Source: Candidatus Beckwithbacteria bacterium GW2011_GWC1_49_16 (GTDB taxonomy: Bacteria; Patescibacteriota; Microgenomatia; UBA1400; CG1-02-47-37). From it: a stretch of 64,000 nucleotides of DNA. The stretch lies in NCBI GenBank assembly GCA_001029675.1, contig CP011210.1:128193-192192 (forward strand), written 5' to 3'. Each line of letters begins with the position of its first letter. Positions within the stretch are counted from its first letter, which is position 1. This document shows positions 47,799 to 58,300 of the stretch, piece by piece. The position numbers and the translations under genes were made by a program. The notes beneath the pieces were generated by a model. That model made no database searches. It saw only the letters and a list, made by a program, of their open reading frames with translations, and was not told where the DNA came from.

Positions 47799-48334
47799 TC
47801 TGTAACCAAGGTTCGGCTGGCACCGGCCGTGGTGTTGCTACTTGATGTACCGTAATTACATTGTATGCTGGCGGCGGAGTCGCAGTAAAGGCCTTGGTAG
47901 GATTGCGGATTACCGTCGGCGTCTTTGGGCACATCCCGGTCGTTTTCGTTTTCCAGGCGGGCGTAGATTTGGTATGAAGTGCCGGTGTCGTCGGCATCAT
48001 AATCATAGGTATAGCCTAAGGTGGGGTCGGCCGGAATCTCGACCATATAGACGGTGCCGTACTGGTCGGTGAACTCATCCCCCCAGTCGCAGAGCGACTC
48101 GTCATCCGCGCCGCAGCCGTAGATTTGACCGGAGTCAGAGTTGTCTCCCGGGTACTGACCCTTGTCGTTTAAGTAGGCCTCTAAGGCAAGCGAGACTTGT
48201 TTCAAGTCATTTTTTCTTCTGGTGTCGCGAGACTTTTTTTGTGAGTTTTGAAAGGTACCCAGGCCAATTGAGGCCAAAATACCAATGATGGTAATGGAGA
48301 CCAGAAGTTCGATCAGCGTAAACCCTTTTTTCAT
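47795..48334 (-). CDS. type IV pilin/pseudopilin (second)
   Basis: MKKGFTLIELLVSITIIGILA at the internal Met. The tracked ORF was trimmed from 329 to 179 aa. Confidence 0.7.
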   Translation of the reverse strand: MKKGFTLIELLVSITIIGILASIGLGTFQNSQKKSRDTRRKNDLKQVSLALEAYLNDKGQYPGDNSDSGQIYGCGADDESLCDWGDEFTDQYGTVYMVEIPADPTLGYTYDYDADDTGTSYQIYARLENENDRDVPKDADGNPQSYQGLYCDSAASIQCNYGTSSSNTTAGASRTLVTE

Positions 48335-48335
48335 T

Positions 48336-49022
48336 TTAGCTTTCGCACCAATAAGCGGGTGAGGCGTCGCAGTATTGTTGGCAGAGATCGGAGTCGGAGA
48401 AAGTGATCGGACAGCCGGAGCCTTCGGGGTCAGAGTAGGAGTTACAAACACCGGTGGGGTCGCAGGCAAAGTTGCCGTTAGGTCCGGGCGGAGGTAAGCT
48501 GGCCGGTGGTTCAGAGGGGCCGGCCGACGGCGAGGGCGAGGGGGAGGGCAGAGCCGGGTTGAGAACGGCCACGTTAGTCGAGGCGACGCCGTAGTTATAC
48601 CCCAGGCTGCCGCAAGCATCATCCCAGCCGCAGTTTTGGTCCCCGTCGCAGCCGAGCTTGGCAATGTCCGGGTCAGAATCGTTGTCAAGTGGCACCAAAA
48701 TCCTGAAGTTGTTAGAGCAAGCCGTGCCGTCGGGAACATAGCAGTAGGCTTGCCCGGTAGTCGGGTCGCAGGGAATGGAATCAAGATAGGGGTCGAGTTC
48801 GCCGCCGCCGCAGTTGTCTAAAATCGTTTCGTCAGGGTAACAGTCAAAGTCCGAATAGTAGTCTTCAAAAGCCACGGCCAGTTTTGACAGCTGGTCTTTT
48901 CTTTTGGCGTCGTTGGCTTTGTCGATTTGTCTTCTAAAGCTGAACCAGCCGAGCAAAATGAGGATGGCCAGAATGGCGATGACGATTAAAAGTTCGATTA
49001 GGGTCAGGCCCGCCCGCTTCAT
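48336..49022 (-). CDS. type IV pilin-like protein, Cys-rich with a Ser-Pro tract (third)
   Basis: MKRAGLTLIELLIVIAILAIL is a prepilin-like N-terminus. About 16 Cys residues in the C-terminal domain. Trimmed to Met11. Confidence 0.65.
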   Translation of the reverse strand: MKRAGLTLIELLIVIAILAILILLGWFSFRRQIDKANDAKRKDQLSKLAVAFEDYYSDFDCYPDETILDNCGGGELDPYLDSIPCDPTTGQAYCYVPDGTACSNNFRILVPLDNDSDPDIAKLGCDGDQNCGWDDACGSLGYNYGVASTNVAVLNPALPSPSPSPSAGPSEPPASLPPPGPNGNFACDPTGVCNSYSDPEGSGCPITFSDSDLCQQYCDASPAYWCES

Positions 49023-49045
49023 ACTATTTAGTATATAGTAAATTA

Positions 49046-49945
49046 GTGTCAATGTGGCAAGATTGGCCGATCAGAACTATTAGGGTAGAAAACAAGGGTT
49101 TTCCTGAAAGGTTGGGGTTGGTGACGCCAGAGGTAAAAAAGCTTTATTACCGAGGCAATTGGCATAAGAGAGATTTTAAGCACGCTTTGGCGGTGGTGGG
49201 TTCAAGAAGAATGACCAGCTACGGCAAGGGGGTGGTAGAGAAATTAATTCCGCCGCTTGCCCGGGCAGGAGTGACCATAGTTTCCGGGATGATGTACGGC
49301 GTCGACGCCTGCGCCCACCTAGCCTGCCTTGCCGCTGGCGGCAAGACGGTGGCGGTTTTGGGCAGCGGCCTTGACGTCACCGATTCAGAAGAAAGCGGTC
49401 GGCTTTATAGCCAAATTCTTCAATCGGGCGGCTTGGTGTTAAGCGAGTATGAACGCGACAGCCAACCGGCGTTGTGGACCTACCCGCAAAGAAACCGGAT
49501 CGTGGCCGGTTTGAGTGGGGCGGTATTGGTGATCGAGGGCGGGGAGAAGTCGGGGACGCTGATTACCGCCAAACTTGGTTTTAAGCAAAAAAAACCGGTG
49601 ATGGCTGTGCCCGGGCCGATTACCTCGAGCAATTCTTTAGGGGTTAACTGGTTGATCAAAAACGGCGCCGTGGCGGTGACCAGCGCAGAGGAGGTGTTGG
49701 CGGAGTTAGGGATCAAATCACACTCCCGGAGTGAGAAAGAACTCACCTCCAAGGTGGCTTTAGACTCCTTAGAGGTGGAGGGGTTAGGAAAGCGAATTCT
49801 TGCCGAGCTTAACCGTGAGCCTTTAGAAGTTGACGAGTTGGCTAGAAAACTGGGCATGGACGTTGTCAGTTTGGGTCAGAAATTATCGCTGATGGAAATT
49901 GCCGGTTTGGTCAAAGAACAAGATGGTAAGTATACTAGTAAGTGA
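49046..49945 (+). CDS. dprA: DNA processing protein DprA (Smf)
   Basis: Rossmann-like DprA core VTIVSGMMYGVDACAH...VAVLGSGLDV...YPQRNRIVAGLSGAVLVIEG. Confidence 0.85.
   Translation: MSMWQDWPIRTIRVENKGFPERLGLVTPEVKKLYYRGNWHKRDFKHALAVVGSRRMTSYGKGVVEKLIPPLARAGVTIVSGMMYGVDACAHLACLAAGGKTVAVLGSGLDVTDSEESGRLYSQILQSGGLVLSEYERDSQPALWTYPQRNRIVAGLSGAVLVIEGGEKSGTLITAKLGFKQKKPVMAVPGPITSSNSLGVNWLIKNGAVAVTSAEEVLAELGIKSHSRSEKELTSKVALDSLEVEGLGKRILAELNREPLEVDELARKLGMDVVSLGQKLSLMEIAGLVKEQDGKYTSK
49721..49756. repeat. palindromic element hybrid (variant A arm plus CACCTCCAAGGTG) inside the dprA CDS
   Basis: CACTCCCGGAGTG-agaaagaact-CACCTCCAAGGTG, translated as HSRSEKELTSKV. Confidence 0.6.
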
Positions 49946-51519
49946 TGTTGACTAAGGTACATTCTTTGGCTAGCCGGGGTTTGGAAGCGATCGAAGTCGA
50001 GGTCGAAGTCAATGTCGCCGGCCGGGGTTTTCCCGGTTTTAACATCGTCGGCCTGCCCAACAAGGCCATTGAAGAAGCCAAAGAGCGGGTGAGGACCGCC
50101 CTGGTCAATTCCGGCGTCGAGTTTCCTCAAAAAAAGATTACCGTTAACATGGCTCCGGCAGACATTCCTAAAGAAGGTTCGGGTTACGACTTGCCGATAG
50201 CGGTGGGGATTTTGGCGGCTACGGGGGATATACCTTCCTTCGCCGAGGCTCCGGAGGGTAAGCCTTCGGCTTATTTTTACGGCGAGCTGGGCTTGGACGG
50301 CAAACTGCGGCATACCCGGGGCGTGTTTTTGCTAGGGATGCTAGCCAAAGACAAAGGCGTCAACCAAGTTTTTGTCCCCAAACTGTCAGCCAACGAGGCG
50401 GCAGTAGTGTCGGGGATAAAAGTTTATCCGGTGGGGGATTTATTGAAACTGGTAAGGCACTTAAGACAAGAAAAAGTCATCCGGCCGCTCAAAACCATGC
50501 CGACGAAAGAGGTGATCAGCGAGGCGGAAGTGGAGTTTGATTTTGCCGAAGTGGCCGGCCAGGAGCAGGCCAAACGGGCCTTGGAGATTGCCGCGGCCGG
50601 GGGCCACAACGTGTTTATGGCCGGGCCGCCGGGAGCGGGTAAGACCATGTTGGCCCGGGCTTTGCCGGGGATTTTGCCGGAGCTGACCGAGGCTGAAGCT
50701 TTGGAAGTAACCAAGATTTACTCGGTGACCGGCAACATCGAGCCCGGCGGCGGTTTGATAAGAAGGCGGCCGTTTCGGACGCCGCACCATACTACATCAA
50801 GAGCCGGCCTGGTCGGCGGCGGCTCCAAGCCGATGCCAGGAGAAATTAGTTTAGCTCATCGCGGGGTTTTATTTTTGGACGAGTTTGCCGAGTACACCCG
50901 CTCAACCTTGGAAGCCTTGCGTCAGCCGATGGAAGATGGGGTGGTGTCGGTGGTTCGGGCCGCCGGCACGGTCAAATTTCCGGCCAAGTTCATGCTGGTG
51001 GCGGCTGCCAACCCTTGCCCCTGCGGCTTTTTGACTCACCCGAAAAAAGAATGTAAGTGTTCTTTGGGGCAGATCAAGCGTTACCAAAAGAGGCTTTCGG
51101 GGCCGATTCTGGACCGGATCGACCTTCACGTCAACGTGCCCTTTGTGGAGATCGAAAAACTAAGGCAGCGTCACACTCCCGGAGTGAAAGATGTTCACAC
51201 TCCGGGAGTGGAATCTTCGGAGGTGATCAGGGAACGGATAAAACTAGCCAGAAAGGCACAGGTGGTAAGATTCAGCGACGAACCCGGGCTATTTGCCAAC
51301 GCCGAGATGAGAAATAAACAGGTGAAAAAATATTGCCGGTTAAATAGCGAGGTAGAAAATTTGCTGCAGCAGGCGGCGGTGAGCTTTAACTTGTCGGCGC
51401 GAAGCTATTTTCGTTTGATCAAAGTGGCCCGAACCATTGCCGATCTTGCCGGAGAGAAAGAGATTGCCACCTCCCACATGGCCGAAGCGCTGCAGTACCG
51501 GATCAGGGAAGATAGTTGA
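49942..51519 (+). CDS. comM: Mg-chelatase-like AAA+ ATPase YifB/ComM
   Basis: N-terminal Lon-like domain, then Walker A GPPGAGKTMLA, Walker B VLFLDEF, sensor motifs. It contains an in-frame palindromic insertion. Confidence 0.85.
   Translation: MMLTKVHSLASRGLEAIEVEVEVNVAGRGFPGFNIVGLPNKAIEEAKERVRTALVNSGVEFPQKKITVNMAPADIPKEGSGYDLPIAVGILAATGDIPSFAEAPEGKPSAYFYGELGLDGKLRHTRGVFLLGMLAKDKGVNQVFVPKLSANEAAVVSGIKVYPVGDLLKLVRHLRQEKVIRPLKTMPTKEVISEAEVEFDFAEVAGQEQAKRALEIAAAGGHNVFMAGPPGAGKTMLARALPGILPELTEAEALEVTKIYSVTGNIEPGGGLIRRRPFRTPHHTTSRAGLVGGGSKPMPGEISLAHRGVLFLDEFAEYTRSTLEALRQPMEDGVVSVVRAAGTVKFPAKFMLVAAANPCPCGFLTHPKKECKCSLGQIKRYQKRLSGPILDRIDLHVNVPFVEIEKLRQRHTPGVKDVHTPGVESSEVIRERIKLARKAQVVRFSDEPGLFANAEMRNKQVKKYCRLNSEVENLLQQAAVSFNLSARSYFRLIKVARTIADLAGEKEIATSHMAEALQYRIREDS
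51174..51210. repeat. palindromic element, variant A, inside the comM CDS
   Basis: CACTCCCGGAGTG-aaagatgttca-CACTCCGGGAGTG, translated as HTPGVKDVHTPGV. Confidence 0.75.
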
Positions 51520-51554
51520 TTGTCGATCGTAGATAGTAGATAGTAGATTAAGAG

Positions 51555-51914
51555 ATGATAAATAACTTTGATAAACTAGATGCTTGGAAGAAAGCTCACG
51601 GTTTGGCATTGAAGATTTACAAATTAGCAGAAAATTTTCCACGAACAGAGAGGTTTGGTTTGGTAAGCCAGATTTGTCGGGCTGCAAGTTCGGTTCCGGC
51701 AAATATAGTCGAGGGTAACAGCAGACAAAGCAAGAAAGAATATGCTCAGTTTTTGTTTCAAGCCAAGGGTTCTTTGAGTGAAGTTCAGTATTTTTTAATT
51801 TTAGCTAGAGATTTAAAGTTTATTAGCGACCAGCAAGCTAAAGAATTGATGAATGACTGTGATGATGTGTCGAGGTTAATAGCCGGACTAATTAAATATT
51901 TACGGAAGGGCTAA
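51555..51914 (+). CDS. four-helix-bundle protein (23S rRNA intervening-sequence protein family)
   Basis: FDKLDAWKKAHGLALKIYKLAENFPRTERFGLVSQICRAASSVPANIVEG matches the family consensus. The gene is AT-rich. Confidence 0.75.
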   Translation: MINNFDKLDAWKKAHGLALKIYKLAENFPRTERFGLVSQICRAASSVPANIVEGNSRQSKKEYAQFLFQAKGSLSEVQYFLILARDLKFISDQQAKELMNDCDDVSRLIAGLIKYLRKG

Positions 51915-51956
51915 TAAATAGTCAACGATCGATGATCAACAACCTATAATCTAATT

Positions 51957-52313
51957 ATGCGTCAGCATAATGTCGCCCGCGGTAAACAAGGTGAAAATTT
52001 GGCGGTGAAGTTTTTACAAGAGAAGGGCTATCGGATTTTGGAAAGAAACTTTCGGACCCGGTTTGGCGAGGTCGATATTGTGGCTAAAGATGGTCAGGCG
52101 TTGGTGTTTGTGGAGGTTAAGACTAAAAGCAGCGATAGTTTTGGTGAGCCCTGGGAGATGGTGGATGAGCGCAAGCTGGAGCAGGTCAAGAAGATGGCCC
52201 AAGTTTATCTACAATCTAAAAACTACAATCAACAATCTATGCGCTTGCGCATCGACGTAGTCGGGGTGTGGCTTGATTCGGGTAAACTTAAGCACTGGCA
52301 GGCGGTTTATTGA
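51957..52313 (+). CDS. yraN: YraN-family (UPF0102) endonuclease
   Basis: GENLAVKFLQEKGYRILERNFRTRFGEVDIVAKDGQALVFVEVKTK. Confidence 0.8.
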   Translation: MRQHNVARGKQGENLAVKFLQEKGYRILERNFRTRFGEVDIVAKDGQALVFVEVKTKSSDSFGEPWEMVDERKLEQVKKMAQVYLQSKNYNQQSMRLRIDVVGVWLDSGKLKHWQAVY

Positions 52314-55300
52314 GGTTCCAGGCGAATAATCCACCAGTTAAACTCCAAATCATAAGGCAAAGATTTATTGATGGCGACTTTAAACCATTCTTTCTCTTTT
52401 TTGGCTAGAACATAAAGGACTTGGTTTTGGGGGTCGCCTATGGGGGTGACGTAAGTTAAGGTGTCGGCGGAGACATGAGGCGTAAAGACGGTGAATTCGG
52501 TTAGACCTGCGGGCAGAGTAGCCTTGCCGGCAGTGGCGTTGGTGGCAATCGAAGACGAAGCGGTTGCCTCCTCGGAGGTGGCTGTAGCAATCACCAAGCC
52601 TTCGGTGGTAACTTCTTTGAAACTAGCCGAGCCGGTGCTGACCAAATTTTGGGTGAGTAATTCCTCAAAGTGACCTTGGTTGGCGGTAACTTTTTCGGCG
52701 ATAAGGTTGCCGGTTACAGTCAGATTGCCGTTTATTACCACGTTGCCGGAGGCGTCCAGGGTCATCAGGCCGGCGAGTAAGTTGATGGCACCCACACCTG
52801 AAGGTTGAAGATAAAGGGTATTATCAAGGGAGGAAATGGAGTTTGAAGTTAAAAGTAGGTTGTCGTTTAGGTTTAAGCTATTGGTAACTTTAAGATCGGT
52901 GATGGTGGCTTGGCCGAGGACTGCCAGGTAGTCGGAGAAGAAACCAAAGCTAGCTTCGACCGAATCCAAGCGCAGGTTAGCCGAAGCCGAGGCTTCGATA
53001 GTTTGTAGATTGTAGATCGTAGTTTGTAAGTTTGGATCTTTGTCGGAGGTGTCTAGGTTTTCTGCAGATAAGGTTTGGTCGCGGTATTTTTGGGCTAGAT
53101 CGGCTATTTTTTCTCTCAAGCCTTCGATTTGGCCGGCTTTGATCTTGCCAGCAATAAGCTCGTCGGTAACCACTCTGTCGGCTACCAGCGTGCCTTGAAC
53201 ATCTAATGCTAATTGACTCCCCGGGGTGGCGCTTGACGACTCCCTGGGGTGGCTTGGCGCGATTACCACCGGGCCTTCAATAGTAATCGCGCCGTTGTCT
53301 GCCAGGGGGGAGATAAAGTCGGTGACCAGTTTGTCGGTTTCGACGGTAGGAGAGATGATTTTATTGGCAAACAGGTTACCTGCCACGTTGGCGGCGCCGT
53401 CGACGGCCAATTCTTTGGCCTCGATAAGGCCCGCTTTTACGTGGGCGATGGTGGCGGAAGCGTAAGCAGTTGCCCGAGTAATTAAATTACCCAGAGTGTC
53501 GGTTAACCGGTAAGAAGTCAGAGTGGCCGAGTCGGTGGCCGGGTCGGCGGCAGTGATGTCTAGCTCACCGGCATCAGTTAAGCGGATGCCCGGGTCGTAC
53601 CAACCGAGGTTAACAAAGACCATGATCCGGTCGCCGCCGTTTAACGGGTCCCAGGGCTCGAGCGCCTTGCCGATGATTTGGCCCGGCTCGGTCGCTTTCA
53701 TGGCTTTGCCGGGTTCGGAAGAGCTAGTTAAAGCGTCGCCGATCATGATAGGGGCAGAGGCGCGGGAGATTTTCACCGGCACCCGGCCGGCCAACGCCAC
53801 AGCCCGCTTGGCCGAGTCAGAGGCGGTGTCGCTAGCGCCCAGAACGAAACCAGGCTCGGTTGAGACGACGCCAAGTAACTGGAGATCATAAGGCTTGTCT
53901 GCTTTATGTAAAACGGCCTCAGTGACAACTTTTTGAGTGCCGTCGGGTTCGGTGATGTCGGTGGTGCCGACTTCGCCGATGACCACCACGTCGGCCGCGC
54001 CGATTGACGGGTCGCCGGAAACATAGTACTCGGCTACGTCAGCGGCCGTGGTATTAACCTTACCTGCAAACAGCGTGCCGTAGCCGTTGTATTCAGAAAG
54101 TAAGGTTCTGCCGGCAGAGGCGGCCCCGCCGTTGCCCGTGTCGGCACCGCCACTTGCTCCTGCTCCGAGGTTGCAGGCTCCAGAACCTCCCCCGGTACCG
54201 TTTTTACCTCCACCCCCGCCCCCACCAGCATCCAAAGCTCCGACGTCCGCACAACTGCCGCCGTTTCCACCTGTGGCGCCTGTAGCTCCACTTCCTGCAG
54301 TAGCTTGGTAAGTGCCCTCGGTGAGATTGCTACTAATAAGCCAAACTGTCCCTCCGGCACCACCACCACCACCTCCTCCTCCTCCTCCACCGCCACCTCC
54401 ACCAGAAGCACGATCACCGGACGCGCCGACTGACCCGTCAGTTCCAGCAGTGGCAGTTGAGGGATTTGAAGGAGTTTCTCCATTAGCTCTAATTGTGCTG
54501 CTGTTAGTGAGAGTGTTTGCAGAAATAACTACAATGCCGCCGCCAATACCGCCGTTTCCTCCATTAGATCCGGCACCGCCAGCGGCGGTGTTAGCGCTAG
54601 CGCTGATTGTGGCACAGGCACTTTCACCACCACCACCACCACCTCCACCACCACCACCTCCTCCACCCATGAAGAGAGTCGAAAGAGTGCTGTTGCCTCT
54701 GGCAGAGTCGGCTGATCCGGCCGTACCCTCAGCCGTCCCACCAGCTCCGTCGGGCCCGGCTCCACTACCACCATCAGCACCAGTGGTTCCGGCAGTTGAG
54801 GCCGCGCCATAAGCTCCGCCTCCGCCGCCTCCGCCCGCTTCTGCACCGCCTCCGCCACCTGCATCACCACTTAGGTATGAGCCATGCTGACCAAGATCAC
54901 CTCCTGCGCCTAATCCTCCACTACTTGAAGGGCCACCTCCAGTTGTACCGTCGCTGCCGTCTGTACCGTCATTACCATTGATCGAGCCGGTGCCGGAGCA
55001 GTTTGCTGCTCCAGTACCTCCGCTGCCACCGCTACCGCCTGTTCCTCCGGCATACCCCAGTTCGTTGCCCTCGACGGTGCCGCTATTTATGAATGTGCCG
55101 TTGGCTTTGATATAGAGGACTCCTCCTACGCCGGTTCCACTGTCCCAGGCGGAAGCAGTAAAAGTGGTCGAGGAGTTGATAGTAACATCGTTGTATTGGG
55201 GAATTCTAACTACTTGGGCTCCTGTTGATTGATAGTCGTTTTGAAGATTGGCAGTAAAGGTGATGATCCCGTTAGTTGAGTCGATGGCGTCTATCTCCAT

Positions 55301-58300
55301 AATGTCGTAGTTACCGGCACCGGTGCCGGTCATTTGGATAACGATTACATGATCGCCCACCGTATAGTTAGGCGATGAATCGCTTACCGTGACTCTGTTG
55401 GTGTAGGATGCGGCAGCAGTGATGTCTATAGCTTCGCAGTCAAAATTTGAGTCACTGTCTGGCCCGTCCGTTGTAGAGCAGTTGAATGGTGTGTTGACTT
55501 GATTGCCGGTGGCGCCGCTGGTGACCACTTCAATGTCGCCGTCACCCCCGTCGCCATAGCGGTCGTTCGTTAGGTCGTTAGTGTCAAACCTTCCCTTAAC
55601 CGTGCCGGAGGAGTTGAGGAAAAAGATCGAGGAGTTGCCGGCAACGCCGGTCGTGGTACCGCCGGCTTGGAGACGGAGAGAATCGGTGGAGTCGCCGATG
55701 ATGTTACCCGTTAAGGTAATATCACCTGAAACATCTAGTTCTTGACCTGGAGTGTTCGTGCCGATACCGACAGAGTTTACGTTATCATCGACATAAAGGG
55801 TGTTACCGTCAAAGGAGATATCGCCGTTGTTGGTGGTGCCGGTGACAATATACATATGCGTTTCGGTGTTGTCTTCGTTGGTAAAGCGGATTTGAGAGCT
55901 AGCCGAGTCGTCGTCGCCGGTAATGACTAAATTATTGGTGATGTTGTTAATGAATGAGTCGGTGCCGTCGTGATAGAAAGCCAGATCTTCTCCCACACCG
56001 ATGGTCAGGCCAGCGGTTGACCCGTCGGTGACAAGTTCTAGTTGGCCGGCATTAGTTAGGGTCATGCGGGTTGTTGCCGAAGCCGAGGCGGTAAAAATGG
56101 GACCAGAGCCTAATTGGTCTACTTGTAAAGTAGCCGCCCCGCCGGAATTGTTTTGAACCATGGTGATGCCGTTTGAAGCAGGGGCGATGGTTAAGTTAGC
56201 AGCATCAGTGGTGCCTAAGGTTAGATCGGTGCCGTCAGAGGAAAAGGTAAAGTAATCACCGGTGTCGTTATCTGGTTGGAGGAAAATGTCCGAGGCAGAG
56301 ATGAAAGTCAGGTTGCCGGTGTTATTGTCGATAAACGAGTCGGTGCCGTCGTGATAAAGGTCCAAGTCGTTGCCGGTGCCCAGATAAAGGTGTTTGCTGT
56401 CTAAAATGTTGATGTTGCCGGCCACAATCAAAGAGGTGCCGGTGGCGGCCGGGTCAAGGTAGTAAGTGTCGTCGGCCAGGTCAGTATAGCGCTGGTAGTA
56501 GGCGTAGCCGTTGGTGTCGAGACGAAACTTGGTCACTCCCGAAGCCGAGGCGGTCAGTAAGTCGCCTGTGCCTAACTGGTCGATGACCACCAAGGCGTCG
56601 CCGCCGGCATTTGATTGGACCAAAAAGTGTTCGTTAGACTCCAAAGCCAGTTTTAATGAGCCGGCGTTTTGCGTCCAGGTGGCAAAGGTGGTGGCAGCGT
56701 CTTTGAAAAAGATGTCGGCGCCGTCGGCGTCAAGGATAATATCGCCGGAACTGTCCAAAGTCATGTCGCCGGTCGAGTTTAAAGTCAGGGTGCCGGTGGG
56801 GGTAATATCCAGGTTGCCGTCAGAGGTAATGCTGTCGCCGTTGACGGCCAAGGTGCCGGCCAGAGTGATGGAGTCGTCAAGATTAATGGTAACGGTGTCG
56901 GTGGCCGAGTCAACCGTGGTGATATTGGTGCCGCCGGCAATGGTTAAAGTGTTTCCCTGGGTGATGGCTTGGCCGCCTCCCGAGTCACCGGCGGCGGTAA
57001 AGAGCGTTCCGGAAACTTGGGCAACGGGAATTGTTCCTGTTGAACTAATCACTTCTGTGCCGTTGACCCTAAGAACCGAATCCCAACCAGATCCTACATT
57101 AATCGCGTATTCGGTAGCGCCTCCGGCCGAAGTCAAAGCGCCGATATTTAAGCCGTAAAGATTGCCTGCCGCCGGGCCGGAGGTGGTGGGGGCGACAATA
57201 TTAAGACCGCTCATGGTACCGCCGGTAACAATGGCGCCGGAAGCAGGCACCAGTACCCGGACGCCGTCGGCGTTGACCGTTCCCGTCGTCTGGGTGATAA
57301 CCGGCAGGGTAACATTTAGTCCCCGCCAATTAATCGTGCCGGCGGCTGTGTCCTGGGTTAAAGCGGCCGCGGCCGAGAGGTTGTAACCGGTGTAAGTAGT
57401 GGTGTTGGCGGCTGACTGGGTAAGAGCCGGGGTTTGGACGTTAGTGCCGGTAACATCCAAATCAGTCGCCCCGGTTAAGTTGCTGTTGAGGTTTAAGGAT
57501 AGACCGGTGATGTCGCCGCCTGATTGGGTGGTAGCGCCGGCAAAATCGGCGTTGATCAGGGTGCCGTTAGTCCATTCGGTTTCCAGAACATAATCGGTGA
57601 AAGTGCCGGTTGTTCCCGGAGTGAAGCTTAGTTGTCCAGAGGAATTTACCTGGAACAGATCGCCGTTGCCGACAGTGAAGAGGGATGCGGGGGTTGAATC
57701 ACCTACACCCACGTTGCCGTTTTCGTCGAGCGTCATTCTGATCCCAGAAGATCCAGCGTTCATGGTGGTGAAGTAGAGTTCTCCCGAGTTTTCACTAGTA
57801 CCTTCAACGAGGGTGTATATGGAAGCAATTGTGTTGTTTGCGCTACCCGCATGGAAACTGATCATGCCGATCCTTTTACCGTCAGCAATGTTGTTGCTAG
57901 TTTTAGAAAACTCAAGATATGAGCCGTTGAGGCTATCCGAGGTGTCCACTAGTGTTATCGCCGGTTCCGAACTTGAGTTGATTCCGGGAGTGGTGGTACG
58001 AAGTCCAAGCTGACCAGCGCCATCGAGGGTCATTTTAACGGCCCCTGCGTCGCCGCTGGCGTTGTCGGTGAAAAAGTCCATTCTGGAGGAAGGTCTGGTA
58101 TTACCGAAATTTCCTTCTGCTAAAACTCTAATGTAGCCTGCTGTATTTGAAGTTAAAGTAGAGTCGTTGGAATAGAAACTTAGCGTTCCGATTACTTCCC
58201 CTGATAAGACTGTTATGTCGTTGCGGCTAAGCGTGAGTGTGGGTCCTCCGGTACTTTCTATCTCCAGGTTGCTTATAGGGTCGGCTGTACCTATGCCAAC

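Noticed and set aside
47795-49052. Long N-terminal extensions of the second and third pilin ORFs (329 and 238 aa as tracked)
   Set aside because: The prepilin leader motif MKKGFTLIELL / MKRAGLTLIELL must sit at the N-terminus. The upstream codons are read-through of the neighbouring gene in another frame, so I trimmed to the internal Met codons.
54034-54870. Pro-rich and Val-rich ORFs on both strands (54087-54311, 54312-54812, 54034-54483, 54529-54870), plus many other short ORFs antisense or out of frame within the giant gene
   Set aside because: They are mirror images or frame shifts of the GGN-rich poly-Gly coding tracts of the 2,547-aa ORF. There is no independent support, and the long sense ORF is uninterrupted.
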